DNA from: an uncultured Gammaproteobacteria bacterium
GTDB taxonomy: Bacteria > Patescibacteriota > Patescibacteriia > UBA9934
Assembly (NCBI GenBank): GCA_964414795.1
Contig: CAYPWV010000002.1
Location: 5,057-69,056, forward strand
Length of the DNA: 64,000 nt
Reading direction: 5' to 3'
This document shows, piece by piece, positions 9,429-18,354 of this stretch. The stretch's first letter is position 1. The number at the start of each line of letters is the position of its first letter. The notes beneath the pieces were generated by a model. It ran no database searches. It was not told the origin of the DNA and saw only the letters and a list, made by a program, of their open reading frames with translations. Both the position numbers and the translations under genes were made by a program.

Positions 9429-10490
9429 CTACTCCTCGACGTATTCGTGGAATGGCTCTTCCTGAATTGGGCTCCAATCTGCCCGCGTCGGAGCATCGGC
9501 ACTACTATACCGAATAGCTTTCCCTTTTGTCGTGTAGACTGATGCGCCGATTTTTTTAAGGGCGTTGGTGACTTTCTTTGCAGGATGTTTAGTCGATTCC
9601 TTTGGAGCAGAAACGTAAGCGACCTGCGCTTTAATCCTCTTTAGGAGGCTACTGCTAAGATTTCTCTTGCTTCCGTGATGTGGAACGTCAAGAAAATGCA
9701 GGTCGGTTAATGCGATTCCCGATGTCTCAGCATAATTTGATGCATTATGAAGGGCGGTTTTTCCAGCATCTCCTGTAAACAGCATTTTGTGACCATCTAG
9801 GTTAAAGAGAATCACAGTACTCGTATTGTTCTCAGCGGAAGTCGTATCTTCGTCGTCGTTCAACAGGTCAATATCAAGGCTATCACGGATACTATTTACG
9901 ATATCTTCCGCTGCTTTTCTTATCGCCCCAAGAATACCCAATGCGTCTTTTGGTTGCGGTGTCCCGCGAAAATGCGGCAATAAGGACTGATAGTATTCCA
10001 TCGATGGACCCAGTACGTGAATCATTCCATTCATCCCACTAACGCCTTGAAACGGCTCAACTACCGTGATGTTTTTCCCTTTGGCGAGCGATTCGAGATC
10101 GCTTGCATGTTGGAGAGATTTTTCCAATTTCTCTTCAAGACCAGACGCGGTGATTCTGCCATTAACAAAAAGGCTCTTGATATCTTCGGCGTGTTCCCAG
10201 GGTTTATGCATCACAAGAGTTCCGACTCGCATCTGCTCCAAGACCACGCACAGTCCTGAGGCATGATCTGCATCTGGATGTGTAGAGATTACAAAGTCAA
10301 CAAAGTCTGTTCCTCCGTAATAGAGCTTGATGTGTTCAACCAAGGCGGTGCCAGAGTCCTTAGTCCCACCATCAATCACAATTACGGTCTGCTCTTCACG
10401 CGAACCCGCAAGGTTTCCAAAACGCAATGCGATCGCATCTCCGCCCCTTTCACCTTCTCCCACTGGGAGATAGTCAATTTCGTAAGCCAT
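9429..10490 (-). CDS. ComEC/Rec2-type metallo-beta-lactamase fold hydrolase
   Basis: VGEG..GDA, IDGG, THPDADH, FTGDAG, VPHHGS motifs; no ComEC membrane domain. Confidence 0.88.
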   Translation of the reverse strand: MAYEIDYLPVGEGERGGDAIALRFGNLAGSREEQTVIVIDGGTKDSGTALVEHIKLYYGGTDFVDFVISTHPDADHASGLCVVLEQMRVGTLVMHKPWEHAEDIKSLFVNGRITASGLEEKLEKSLQHASDLESLAKGKNITVVEPFQGVSGMNGMIHVLGPSMEYYQSLLPHFRGTPQPKDALGILGAIRKAAEDIVNSIRDSLDIDLLNDDEDTTSAENNTSTVILFNLDGHKMLFTGDAGKTALHNASNYAETSGIALTDLHFLDVPHHGSKRNLSSSLLKRIKAQVAYVSAPKESTKHPAKKVTNALKKIGASVYTTKGKAIRYSSADAPTRADWSPIQEEPFHEYVEE

Positions 10491-10497
10491 ATGAACT

Positions 10498-11148
10498 TTA
10501 CTTTTTTAATTTTGGATCTTTCATCACCTCCACAACCACACCACTGATTCGGAACGTGTCTTTTTCGTCCTCGTGAATGTAAATCGGCGAATACGATTTT
10601 TCCTTCGAATCTGAGGCGAGGATGATCTGCTCGTTTTCCTCGTCCTTAACCAGACGTTTGATGTTTGCAACGTCACCGATGACTGATAACACGTACTTAC
10701 CGCTTGGCGGATCAGTTTGTCCGGAATCGACAATTGCAAAGTCGCCATCGTCAATCGTTTTACCGTTAAGCGATGCATCATTCATTGAGTTTCCACTCAC
10801 GCGCACCGCGAATACCTTGCCGCGGGTCTTGGGAAGAAGTGACTTTGATACATGCAGATACCCCTGAAGGGTTTCATCTGCAAAAATGGTCGCTGGACCA
10901 GCGTTTGCGCTACCAAAAATAGGAATGAGCAGAAGCCCGTCCACTGTTTTCCTAGAAACATCAATTTTTTTAACGATCTTTCGGTCAAAGCTCGCCTTCA
11001 AAAGACCTGCCGAAACAAGCTTCTCGAAGTGGTGCTTCACCTGCTGTGGATGAGGCTGACCGATAAGCTCGCCGATCTTCCGCAAACTTAAACTTCCGAG
11101 GTCGTGTTTCTTTGCCAGCTCCAAGATTTTTTGTTGAATTTCATGCAT
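10498..11148 (-). CDS. LexA/CI-like repressor with S24 autopeptidase
   Basis: N-terminal wHTH (SLRKIGELIG..HPQQVKHH), Ala-Gly cleavage site (ANAGP), catalytic Ser (SGNSM) and Lys (NIKRL). Confidence 0.88.
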   Translation of the reverse strand: MHEIQQKILELAKKHDLGSLSLRKIGELIGQPHPQQVKHHFEKLVSAGLLKASFDRKIVKKIDVSRKTVDGLLLIPIFGSANAGPATIFADETLQGYLHVSKSLLPKTRGKVFAVRVSGNSMNDASLNGKTIDDGDFAIVDSGQTDPPSGKYVLSVIGDVANIKRLVKDEENEQIILASDSKEKSYSPIYIHEDEKDTFRISGVVVEVMKDPKLKK

Positions 11149-11159
11149 ATTTCAAAATA

Positions 11160-11234
11160 ATGATACAGGATAGTACATAATAGTCAAGTGGATAATTTGA
11201 CAGACTTGACACTCATAAACGTCCTCGATAAAAT
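11160..11234. promoter_or_regulatory. Divergent sigma70-type promoters
   Basis: Plus strand TTGACA(11206-11211)-N17-TAAAAT(11229-11234). Minus strand TTGACT(11187-11182)-N16-TATCAT(11165-11160). Inverted repeat GTCAAGT/ACTTGAC overlaps both -35 boxes. Confidence 0.65.
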
Positions 11235-11261
11235 ACCTTCATAATTCATTAAACTAATGGT

Positions 11262-11480
11262 ATGGATATCGGGCAAGAACAAATTCAAACATCATGCCCG
11301 GGGTGCGAGGCTCCAATCTCCCTCTCCATCAATGACGTGAGGGAGGAAAAATCAGTGGTCTGTCCGGGGTGCGGGAAAGACGTTGCGCTCAAGAAAGACC
11401 AATCGGTCGATAAGGTCATTGACGACGTGAACGCGTCCGTTGAGGACTTGCTCGGAACGATTCGCAGGTTCGGTAAGTAA
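11262..11480 (+). CDS. Small zinc-ribbon protein
   Basis: CPGC...CPGC; 72 aa; just downstream of a consensus promoter. Confidence 0.75.
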   Translation: MDIGQEQIQTSCPGCEAPISLSINDVREEKSVVCPGCGKDVALKKDQSVDKVIDDVNASVEDLLGTIRRFGK

Positions 11481-11506
11481 AGACAGGATACGGTTACGCG
11501 TTCTTT

Positions 11507-11755
11507 AAAAATCCAATTACTCCTACGTTTGTGGTGGTACACCGTTATTGCTAAGGAGAACACTGAAACGCCACATAAAATAAACAGTTAGACAAACAAA
11601 CGTAGCCAAAGTGCGAGGGAAAGCTCCTACTCTTACCAAAGTTATAGGCATTAGGTCGAGTACATAAAAACTTATCAGTCTTAGTTTTTTTGTATTTAAC
11701 TTAATGCCCATTCGTTCCATATAAAAATCCTAACCTGATCGGTTGGGATTTTTTT
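11507..11755 (+). ncRNA. Putative structured RNA/leader ending in an intrinsic terminator
   Basis: CTACGTTTGT/ACAAACGTAG stem; ~26-bp hairpin 11648-11708 whose mismatches are mostly G-U on the + strand; terminator AAAAATCCTAACC-tgatc-GGTTGGGATTTTTTT (11723-11755). Confidence 0.5.
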
Positions 11756-11783
11756 CATTCCCTTATTATTCACGCTTCGTTAT

Positions 11784-13067
11784 ATGTCAGAAATATCCAA
11801 AGGTTCAATAAAAGTGGAGTACGTCGCTACAGACGCACTCACCACGCCAGGCTTCAATCCGAGAAAACACGATGAGATCGCGGAAGAAAAACTCAAAGAG
11901 AGCATTAGACGATTTGGCATGCTTGACCCCCTGATTGTGAATTCCGCACCAAAGCGGAAGAACATTGTGATAGGAGGAAATTTCCGCCTATCAGTCGCTA
12001 AATCACTCGGCTTTACTCAAGTGCCCGTCGTCTACGTCAACATTCCGAATCTTGAAAAAGAGAAGGAGCTCAACGTCAGGTTAAATAGAAATACTGGCGA
12101 GTGGAATTGGGATCTCCTCAAGGAGTTTAACATGGATATGCTCATCGAAGTAGGGTTCGACGAAACTGACCTCAGCCACATTTGGGATGACACACTCTCC
12201 GTCGAGGAAGACGACTTCGATTCCGCAAAAGTCGCGGCGGCGATCAAAAAGCCAAAGACGAAATCAGGTGAGAAGTTTCAGCTCGGAAATCACGTTCTCC
12301 TCTGTGGCGATTCCACGGATCCGAAAGTGGTCGCGGATGTCATGGGCAAACATAGGATAGACATGCTTTACGCAGATAGTCCCTACAATATTTCGCTGGA
12401 TTACTCAAAAGGCATTTCAACGAATGGCAAGTACGGTGGCAATGTCGATGACAGCAAATCTCCAGCGGAATATCGCGCATTCTTGAAGTCATGTATCGAA
12501 AACGCGAAAGCGGTTGCCAAGCCCGACGCGCACTTCTTCATGTGGTGCGACCAGTCGTACATAGGACTTCTTCAGTCGCTTTACGAAGAGCTGAGCGTGA
12601 AGAACAGACGCGTGTGTTTATGGGTGAAGAACAATTTCAACATGACACCCCAGATCGCGTTCAACAAGGGCTACGAGCCAGTGGTATATGGAACGATTGG
12701 CTCGCCATATCTCTGCGACAAGGTGATGAACCTCACCGAGATTCTCAACCGCGATATCCAGCCCGGTAATCGTACCATCGACGACATCATTGATGTGTTC
12801 GATTTGTGGCTCGCCAAGCGTCTCAACGCTCAGGATTACACCACGCCAACCGAGAAGCCCGTATCACTTCACGAGAAGCCGCTTAGACGCTGTACGAAGC
12901 CCGGAGACATCGTCCTCGATCTCTTTGGAGGATCGGGTAGCACGATGGCTGCCTGCGAGCAGATGAAGCGAAAGTCATTCACCATTGAAAAAGATCCAGT
13001 GTTCTGTGACGTAATCATCCAACGATATGAAAAACTCACCAACCAAAAAGCAAAGCGCATCAATTAA
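11784..13067 (+). CDS. ParB-N domain fused to N6/N4 DNA methyltransferase (phage type)
   Basis: ParBc-like NPR...SIRRFG..DPLIVN...IGGNFRL; motif IV reads DSPY; motif I DLFGGSGST. Confidence 0.88.
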   Translation: MSEISKGSIKVEYVATDALTTPGFNPRKHDEIAEEKLKESIRRFGMLDPLIVNSAPKRKNIVIGGNFRLSVAKSLGFTQVPVVYVNIPNLEKEKELNVRLNRNTGEWNWDLLKEFNMDMLIEVGFDETDLSHIWDDTLSVEEDDFDSAKVAAAIKKPKTKSGEKFQLGNHVLLCGDSTDPKVVADVMGKHRIDMLYADSPYNISLDYSKGISTNGKYGGNVDDSKSPAEYRAFLKSCIENAKAVAKPDAHFFMWCDQSYIGLLQSLYEELSVKNRRVCLWVKNNFNMTPQIAFNKGYEPVVYGTIGSPYLCDKVMNLTEILNRDIQPGNRTIDDIIDVFDLWLAKRLNAQDYTTPTEKPVSLHEKPLRRCTKPGDIVLDLFGGSGSTMAACEQMKRKSFTIEKDPVFCDVIIQRYEKLTNQKAKRIN

Positions 13068-13833
13068 TCTCGGGGACATTTTTGTCCTGGGGAATCATCG
13101 CCTCGTATACGGGGACTCACGAGATGTGAAACTCGTAGATAAGCTATTCGGAAAGGATCGTGCTAGCCTCATGCTTCTAGATCCGCCTTATGGAGTAGCC
13201 TACGTGGAAAGCAAAAGCGGATTTAAACAGAAGCTCGGGAAAGAAAAGATCATCGCGAACGATCACTCGCAATCCGACGAAGAATATCGGCAATTCACCA
13301 AAGATTGGTTGGAGCCGATAAGGCATCATCTCGCTCCAAAGAATACCTACTACATCTTCAACTCGGACAAGATGATCTTTGCCATGCGCGAAGGCATCCT
13401 CGACGCGGGATTCAAGTTCACTCAACTCCTCATATGGGCGAAGTCACACGCAGTCATTGGTCGCATGGACTACCTCCCTCAGCACGAGTTGATCGCCTAT
13501 GGTTGGTACGGCACGCACAAGTTCATGAAGTCCAAGGACAAGACAATCCTCATTTATCCGAAGCCCTCAAACTCGAAGGCACACCCGACCATGAAACCTA
13601 TCGGATTGTTGCGGCGGCTCATCATGAACAGCTCGAGTATCCATGAAGTCGTCTACGATGGGTTCCTCGGAAGCGGATCAACACTCATAGCTTGCGAAGA
13701 TACACGACGGCGATGTTATGGAGTGGAAATTGAACCAGAATACATTGCAACGATTATCAAACGGTTCGAGGAAAAAACAGGGATCAAAGCAAAGTTGATA
13801 GAAAACGCATATGAAAAAACAAGTACCAAGTAA
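13027..13833 (+). CDS. N6/N4 DNA methyltransferase (beta class)
   Basis: DPPYG, HPTMKP, DGFLGSGST. Confidence 0.9.
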   Translation: MKNSPTKKQSASINLGDIFVLGNHRLVYGDSRDVKLVDKLFGKDRASLMLLDPPYGVAYVESKSGFKQKLGKEKIIANDHSQSDEEYRQFTKDWLEPIRHHLAPKNTYYIFNSDKMIFAMREGILDAGFKFTQLLIWAKSHAVIGRMDYLPQHELIAYGWYGTHKFMKSKDKTILIYPKPSNSKAHPTMKPIGLLRRLIMNSSSIHEVVYDGFLGSGSTLIACEDTRRRCYGVEIEPEYIATIIKRFEEKTGIKAKLIENAYEKTSTK

Positions 13834-14260
13834 GGTCATTGAACGCCAGGATGACAAGAAAAGTGAGATGATCGAACAGTTGAAGCGAACGCCGATCGTG
13901 CAAGTTGCGTGCGAAAAGGTCGGGATCGGTCGCGCAACATATTACCGCTGGCTCAAAGACGATGACGACTTTCACGTTCAATCGCAACAGGCAATCATCG
14001 AAGGCAATTCACTCGTGAGCGACATGGCAGAAAGTCACATGATCAGCATGATTCGAAACGGCAACCTCGGCGCTATTACGTTTTGGCTCAAACATCGTCA
14101 CCGTGCTTACGGAACGCGCGTTGATCTGAACGCCAGCGTTCGCGTCGATCGTCCGCTTACACAAGAAGAGGAAGAAGCGATCGGTCGCGCGCTCACCCTC
14201 GGAAACGTCATTTCGAGCGAAATCACTCCCTATGAAAACGGAAACGGAGAATCTGAATGA
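13811..14260 (+). CDS. HTH protein, putative terminase small subunit
   Basis: IVQVACEKVGIGRATYYRWLKDD HTH, GNLGAITFWLK; overlaps the start of TerL. Confidence 0.7.
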   Translation: MKKQVPSKVIERQDDKKSEMIEQLKRTPIVQVACEKVGIGRATYYRWLKDDDDFHVQSQQAIIEGNSLVSDMAESHMISMIRNGNLGAITFWLKHRHRAYGTRVDLNASVRVDRPLTQEEEEAIGRALTLGNVISSEITPYENGNGESE

Positions 14261-15683
14261 GCTGATGGAGCGGGTGCAGAAAGACAGAAGGTTCCGAACG
14301 GGACTGACTGGAAAGAGTCATTTCTGGTTCTTCCACGTCTACTTCTCGGAATACATTACTTGCGAGACTGCGCCGTTTCAAAAAGAACTCCTCAATCTGA
14401 CCGAGCAAAACTACGCAATGCTCGTTGTTTTGGCGTTTCGTGGCTCAGCAAAGTCCACGATCTGCACGATGTCGCTCGCCCTGTGGTCGATCCTTGGGAT
14501 ACCACAAAAGAAGTTCGTGCTGATTGTCTGCCAAACACAGGCACAAGCGCGTTTCCACTTGCAAAACCTTCGGCGTGAAATGGAGGGTAACGCCTTGTTG
14601 CGGGATGACCTCGGACCATTCGCGGAACACGACGAAGAGTGGAATTCTGGATCGCTCGTGATACCAAAGTTTGGCGCGAGGATTACTGCCGTATCGCTCG
14701 AGCAAAGCGTGCGTGGATTACGTCATGGGGCACATCGTCCTGATCTCATCATCTGTGATGATATCGAGGACTTAGCATCCGTAAAGACACGCGAGTCACG
14801 TCAGAAAACCTATCAATGGTTTACACGTGATCTCATTCCTGTTGGCGACACGAAGACAAATATCGTCGTCGTTGGAAACCTACTCCACGAAGATTCGCTC
14901 ATAAGCCGAATTAAGGAAGAAATTGAGAAAGGAGAACGAACGGGAAAAGTTGTCGAGTATCCGTTGCTTGACGAGGCAGGAAAGCCGTTATGGCCTGGGA
15001 AATATAAAACGAAGGAGGACATCGAGGAACTCAGGAAAAAGATCGTTGATGAAGTTGCGTGGTCGATGGAATATCTGCTCAAGATCGTGTCCGACGTTGA
15101 ACGAGTCGTCCAGTTGGATTGGATACAGAGATATCCCGATGAACTGTTGCATCTGCCACGATACGCGGAACCGCTAACCATGATCATCGGAGTGGATCTC
15201 GCTATTTCGGAGAAGGATACTGCGGATTACACAGCGATTGTTCCCGTGGTCGTGACGGGGAGCGGTGTGGATACGCAAGTGTATGTCATGCCGCACATTA
15301 CGAACAAACGAATGCCATTTGCCGTTCAAGTGGATACGATCGTTTTTCTCTATCGCCAAATGATGGGGAGATATAGCGTCACGGTTGTCGTTGAAGACGT
15401 CGGCTATCAACGTGCGCTCATTCAAACACTTGAGGAGCGGGGCTGTAGGGTAACGGCATTCAAAGTCGGAAACGTCGACAAACGATCTCGTCTCACGATG
15501 GTTTCACCGAGGATTCGTGATGGAAATATTCTCTTTCCGATTACCGGCGTTGATGCACTGATTTCGCAGATCACGGGATTCGGCGTTGAAAAGCATGACG
15601 ATCTGATGGACGCGTTCGTCATGGCGGCAAGCTATTGTTTCGACAAAGTATCAAATAGGTCGAGCGTCAGGTTGAGAAAGTGA
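14232..15683 (+). CDS. Phage terminase large subunit-like protein
   Basis: Walker A AFRGSAKST, Walker B LIICDDIED, LWP, nuclease domain IGVDLA...DYTA...HDDLMDA. Confidence 0.85.
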   Translation: MKTETENLNELMERVQKDRRFRTGLTGKSHFWFFHVYFSEYITCETAPFQKELLNLTEQNYAMLVVLAFRGSAKSTICTMSLALWSILGIPQKKFVLIVCQTQAQARFHLQNLRREMEGNALLRDDLGPFAEHDEEWNSGSLVIPKFGARITAVSLEQSVRGLRHGAHRPDLIICDDIEDLASVKTRESRQKTYQWFTRDLIPVGDTKTNIVVVGNLLHEDSLISRIKEEIEKGERTGKVVEYPLLDEAGKPLWPGKYKTKEDIEELRKKIVDEVAWSMEYLLKIVSDVERVVQLDWIQRYPDELLHLPRYAEPLTMIIGVDLAISEKDTADYTAIVPVVVTGSGVDTQVYVMPHITNKRMPFAVQVDTIVFLYRQMMGRYSVTVVVEDVGYQRALIQTLEERGCRVTAFKVGNVDKRSRLTMVSPRIRDGNILFPITGVDALISQITGFGVEKHDDLMDAFVMAASYCFDKVSNRSSVRLRK

Positions 15684-16199
15684 TGGCTGGGGTCGCGTGT
15701 CCTCAAAGTCCCACTGGAGGATCAGAAAGTTTTCAGGAGTCAGTCCGTACTTCAAACATGCTTCGAGCCAAGTGATCTGTGATCCTCTCACAGAATCGCG
15801 CTTTTTGCGTTTCGATTCTACGAACAGGAGTTTATCGTTCCTCCATGCAATTACGTCCCAACAGCCTTTGTACGAGTTGTTATTCAGCTTCGCAATGCCA
15901 GCCAACGTGTCCGTAATCCATCGTTCCTGAATCGGCACGTTTACCTGATCTTTATATGGCGCATCTTTCCACTGCGTGAGATAAATCGGTTCTTTATTTC
16001 CTCGTCCGTACACCTCAACCCATCGCGTTTCATAGTCGTCTCGTTTCATGGTTTCCGCGATAGCCAGCTCGGCGAACATCGGCTTGCCGTCGATATCAAT
16101 CAAACCCTTATTCCCGAACGTGTGGTTGATTGGCGCACCAGACCACCGTCGAAAAAGCATGTCACGTTCTGGAATGGGTACTGAGCCGAGGATAGGCAT
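15651..16199 (-). CDS. VRR-NUC-like PD-(D/E)XK nuclease
   Basis: GCWDVIAW...FVESK...DSVRGSQITWL matches the VRR-NUC pattern. Confidence 0.65.
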   Translation of the reverse strand: MPILGSVPIPERDMLFRRWSGAPINHTFGNKGLIDIDGKPMFAELAIAETMKRDDYETRWVEVYGRGNKEPIYLTQWKDAPYKDQVNVPIQERWITDTLAGIAKLNNNSYKGCWDVIAWRNDKLLFVESKRKKRDSVRGSQITWLEACLKYGLTPENFLILQWDFEDTRPQPSLSQPDARPI

Positions 16200-16221
16200 A
16201 TGATGCGATGCTGTTCATCGA

Positions 16222-16755
16222 TCAATCCTCTGAGGGATACTGCCGTGTTATCTCTGTACCGTCCGTGTAATGGACACGGATCACCTTTGCTTTTGTTACC
16301 TTCGTTGCTCCGCTGAAAGCAGTAAGGTTCCAATACATCGGCTCCGAGTCTCCCGGCGCGATCACGTCCTGTGATCTTACGAGGAGAGAGTTATCATTCG
16401 GGTCACCCCATTCGCCAGCAGGTTCGTCAAAGTTATTGTAAAAGCTCGCCGTAATTTCGATACCGTCCATGGTCTTTTCTGAAGTGTTCTTCACCACCAT
16501 GTGAAGCTCGGGAATGCCGATGGAATTATTTTCAATGCTCGCGGATACGATGAAGGAATCAAGGAGAGCATTCGTCGCCAACTTCTCAGCCTCGATCACT
16601 GCTTTCTGTTCCGCGGTGAGTTCGGGTGCCTTTGGAGTGATGATGGCGAGGAAACCAAGTGACCCGACAAGAAAAATTGATAAGCCAATCACGAACTTCT
16701 TCATCCAACTCATGGGTTGTTTCTTCATCACCGAGGTATTTGTCGTTTGCGACAT
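16222..16755 (-). CDS. Membrane-anchored hypothetical protein (Ig-like beta domain)
   Basis: Single TM, then VKNTSEKT....YNNFDEP...VHYTDGTE beta-rich domain. Confidence 0.65.
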   Translation of the reverse strand: MSQTTNTSVMKKQPMSWMKKFVIGLSIFLVGSLGFLAIITPKAPELTAEQKAVIEAEKLATNALLDSFIVSASIENNSIGIPELHMVVKNTSEKTMDGIEITASFYNNFDEPAGEWGDPNDNSLLVRSQDVIAPGDSEPMYWNLTAFSGATKVTKAKVIRVHYTDGTEITRQYPSED

Positions 16756-16756
16756 A

Positions 16757-16932
16757 CGCGGGTGGTTAGGGATTAGAACCCCGCGATGTCGCTAAAAACA
16801 AAAGCGACACCCGGTGGTGTCTAGCCCCAATCTCCGTACGGATCGTACGAAAATTGTTTTAACCGGATGCCGCTCACTGCGTGCGATCCGATAAGCAAAA
16901 TTTGCCCCTGTAAGGAGATTGAAGCTAGACCA
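16757..16932 (-). ncRNA. Structured leader RNA, possibly c4/CI-RNA-like
   Basis: 17-bp stem 16819-16835 with 16914-16930 (G-U pairs on the minus strand), plus hairpins CGCGGG/CCCGCG and TGTCGCT/AGCGACA directly 5' of the 16755 ATG. Confidence 0.4.
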
Positions 16933-17073
16933 TGAAAGTATAGCTTACAAATCGCCTAAAGTGAAGTCCGAGTTACCAACTGCTCAACCCCTTCCTTACC
17001 CTTGTACTTATTGGGCTTTTCAAGGGTTTTTAGGACTAGACAGTCCCAACCCTTGTGGCATTACTTGTCGTGT

Positions 17074-17535
17074 ATGAAAAACGAACTCGAACTGAAAATA
17101 GACCTCGACGTGATCGATTTACCCGTCATGGCAGAGGGAGAATATGACGAAATCGCAAAGGTACTCGACGTGCCAACCGAAGCAGTTGTGACGGCTGCAC
17201 TATTTCGTTGCAACGGCGGATTCCTCGCATTTATTACGTCAGCGAATCGTCGTCTAAACTATGCGGCAATATTCGGCAAAACAAAGTTACAGTGGTGCAC
17301 GGTGCCGAATAGCGAGGAGATGTGCGAACTCGGCTCGATTGATCGAACAAATCCATTTTTCCTCGCTTCAAATCAGCGTGTACAGATGATTATCGACGCA
17401 AAACTTCTTGATCAGAAAAACATCGTTGTTCTCCTTGGGGATCACCGAGCGATAAAAACGACCCTGAATCACTTCATGGTCGGAACGATGCCGAAAGTGC
17501 AAGGAGGAATTTCACTTCCGAAAAAGTTCGAGTAA
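17074..17535 (+). CDS. Divergent YbaK/ProX-like (tRNA editing fold) protein
   Basis: EIAKVLDVPTEAVVTAALF...NPF...QMIIDAKLL follows the YbaK layout but lacks the conserved Lys. Confidence 0.4.
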   Translation: MKNELELKIDLDVIDLPVMAEGEYDEIAKVLDVPTEAVVTAALFRCNGGFLAFITSANRRLNYAAIFGKTKLQWCTVPNSEEMCELGSIDRTNPFFLASNQRVQMIIDAKLLDQKNIVVLLGDHRAIKTTLNHFMVGTMPKVQGGISLPKKFE

Positions 17536-17544
17536 GCATTGACG

Positions 17545-18354
17545 CTATGATCCTATTAACTCCAACAAAGCCGACCGATTGATCTCCCAGTCGCTTTTGT
17601 CGTGACTGGATATCTCGACGGTAATTGCCGGTTTTCCCGTTGTGTTCGTGAACCATTGCGTGGCAGTGCCTGAATAGTTCCAATCATTATAAATCGTATA
17701 GCCGGTCTTGTTGGCATACCAGTCTCCGAGGGCTACGGACTCGGCGTTCGCCTCGGGGGAAATCACGCCGCCTTGCGAGTGGAAGGCGAGCATCATATCT
17801 GGCGCGCATTCCTGAACTACCTCGCGCAACGCACGTGCTTCGGCTTCTGAAAACGGTTCCGTTCCGGCAAAGGTTTCTTCGTCTGGATACGTTGTCCAAC
17901 CTTGCGTTTCAAAGTTACGGTTCAGATTTACACCGTTTGCGTTCGTACGATACAAATCTTCCATGTATCCATCGGGATTAAGGAGTGGAATAATCACAAC
18001 CTTCTTCTCAAAAGAAAGAATACTCGGCTGGGCAGCTATTTCATCGGCAAATGTTCGCAACATGTCCACCGCGCCTTTTTCATTGCCATGAATCCCAGCA
18101 AAGAAGAGAAGACAACTGCCCCCGCTTCCAAATTGATAGGCATCGATGGCACGTCCATTCTCCGAATAGCGGATGATTCGTTTTGTGGCAATCTCCTCCG
18201 CGAGCGCAGGTTCCGTGACGACCGTCTCGATCTGTTTGGTGGTGAGTGTTTGTTGTGGCTGAGGGGTATCGGTCGCTGGAATAGCACGAAACAAAACCAA
18301 GACAAGTATTGGAATCGGCACGATAAGAACTAGAAGCAAACGATGTCGGTTCAT
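17545..18354 (-). CDS. M14 zinc carboxypeptidase (MpaA-like), membrane anchored
   Basis: GIHGNE, NPDG, NANGVNLNRNF, EPFSEAE, AFHSQG. Confidence 0.9.
   Translation of the reverse strand: MNRHRLLLVLIVPIPILVLVLFRAIPATDTPQPQQTLTTKQIETVVTEPALAEEIATKRIIRYSENGRAIDAYQFGSGGSCLLFFAGIHGNEKGAVDMLRTFADEIAAQPSILSFEKKVVIIPLLNPDGYMEDLYRTNANGVNLNRNFETQGWTTYPDEETFAGTEPFSEAEARALREVVQECAPDMMLAFHSQGGVISPEANAESVALGDWYANKTGYTIYNDWNYSGTATQWFTNTTGKPAITVEISSHDKSDWEINRSALLELIGS

Noticed and set aside
11523-11720. 65-aa minus-strand ORF in the structured region
   Set aside because: No motif or gene context; the region is better explained by the plus-strand hairpins and terminator, though a peptide cannot be fully excluded.
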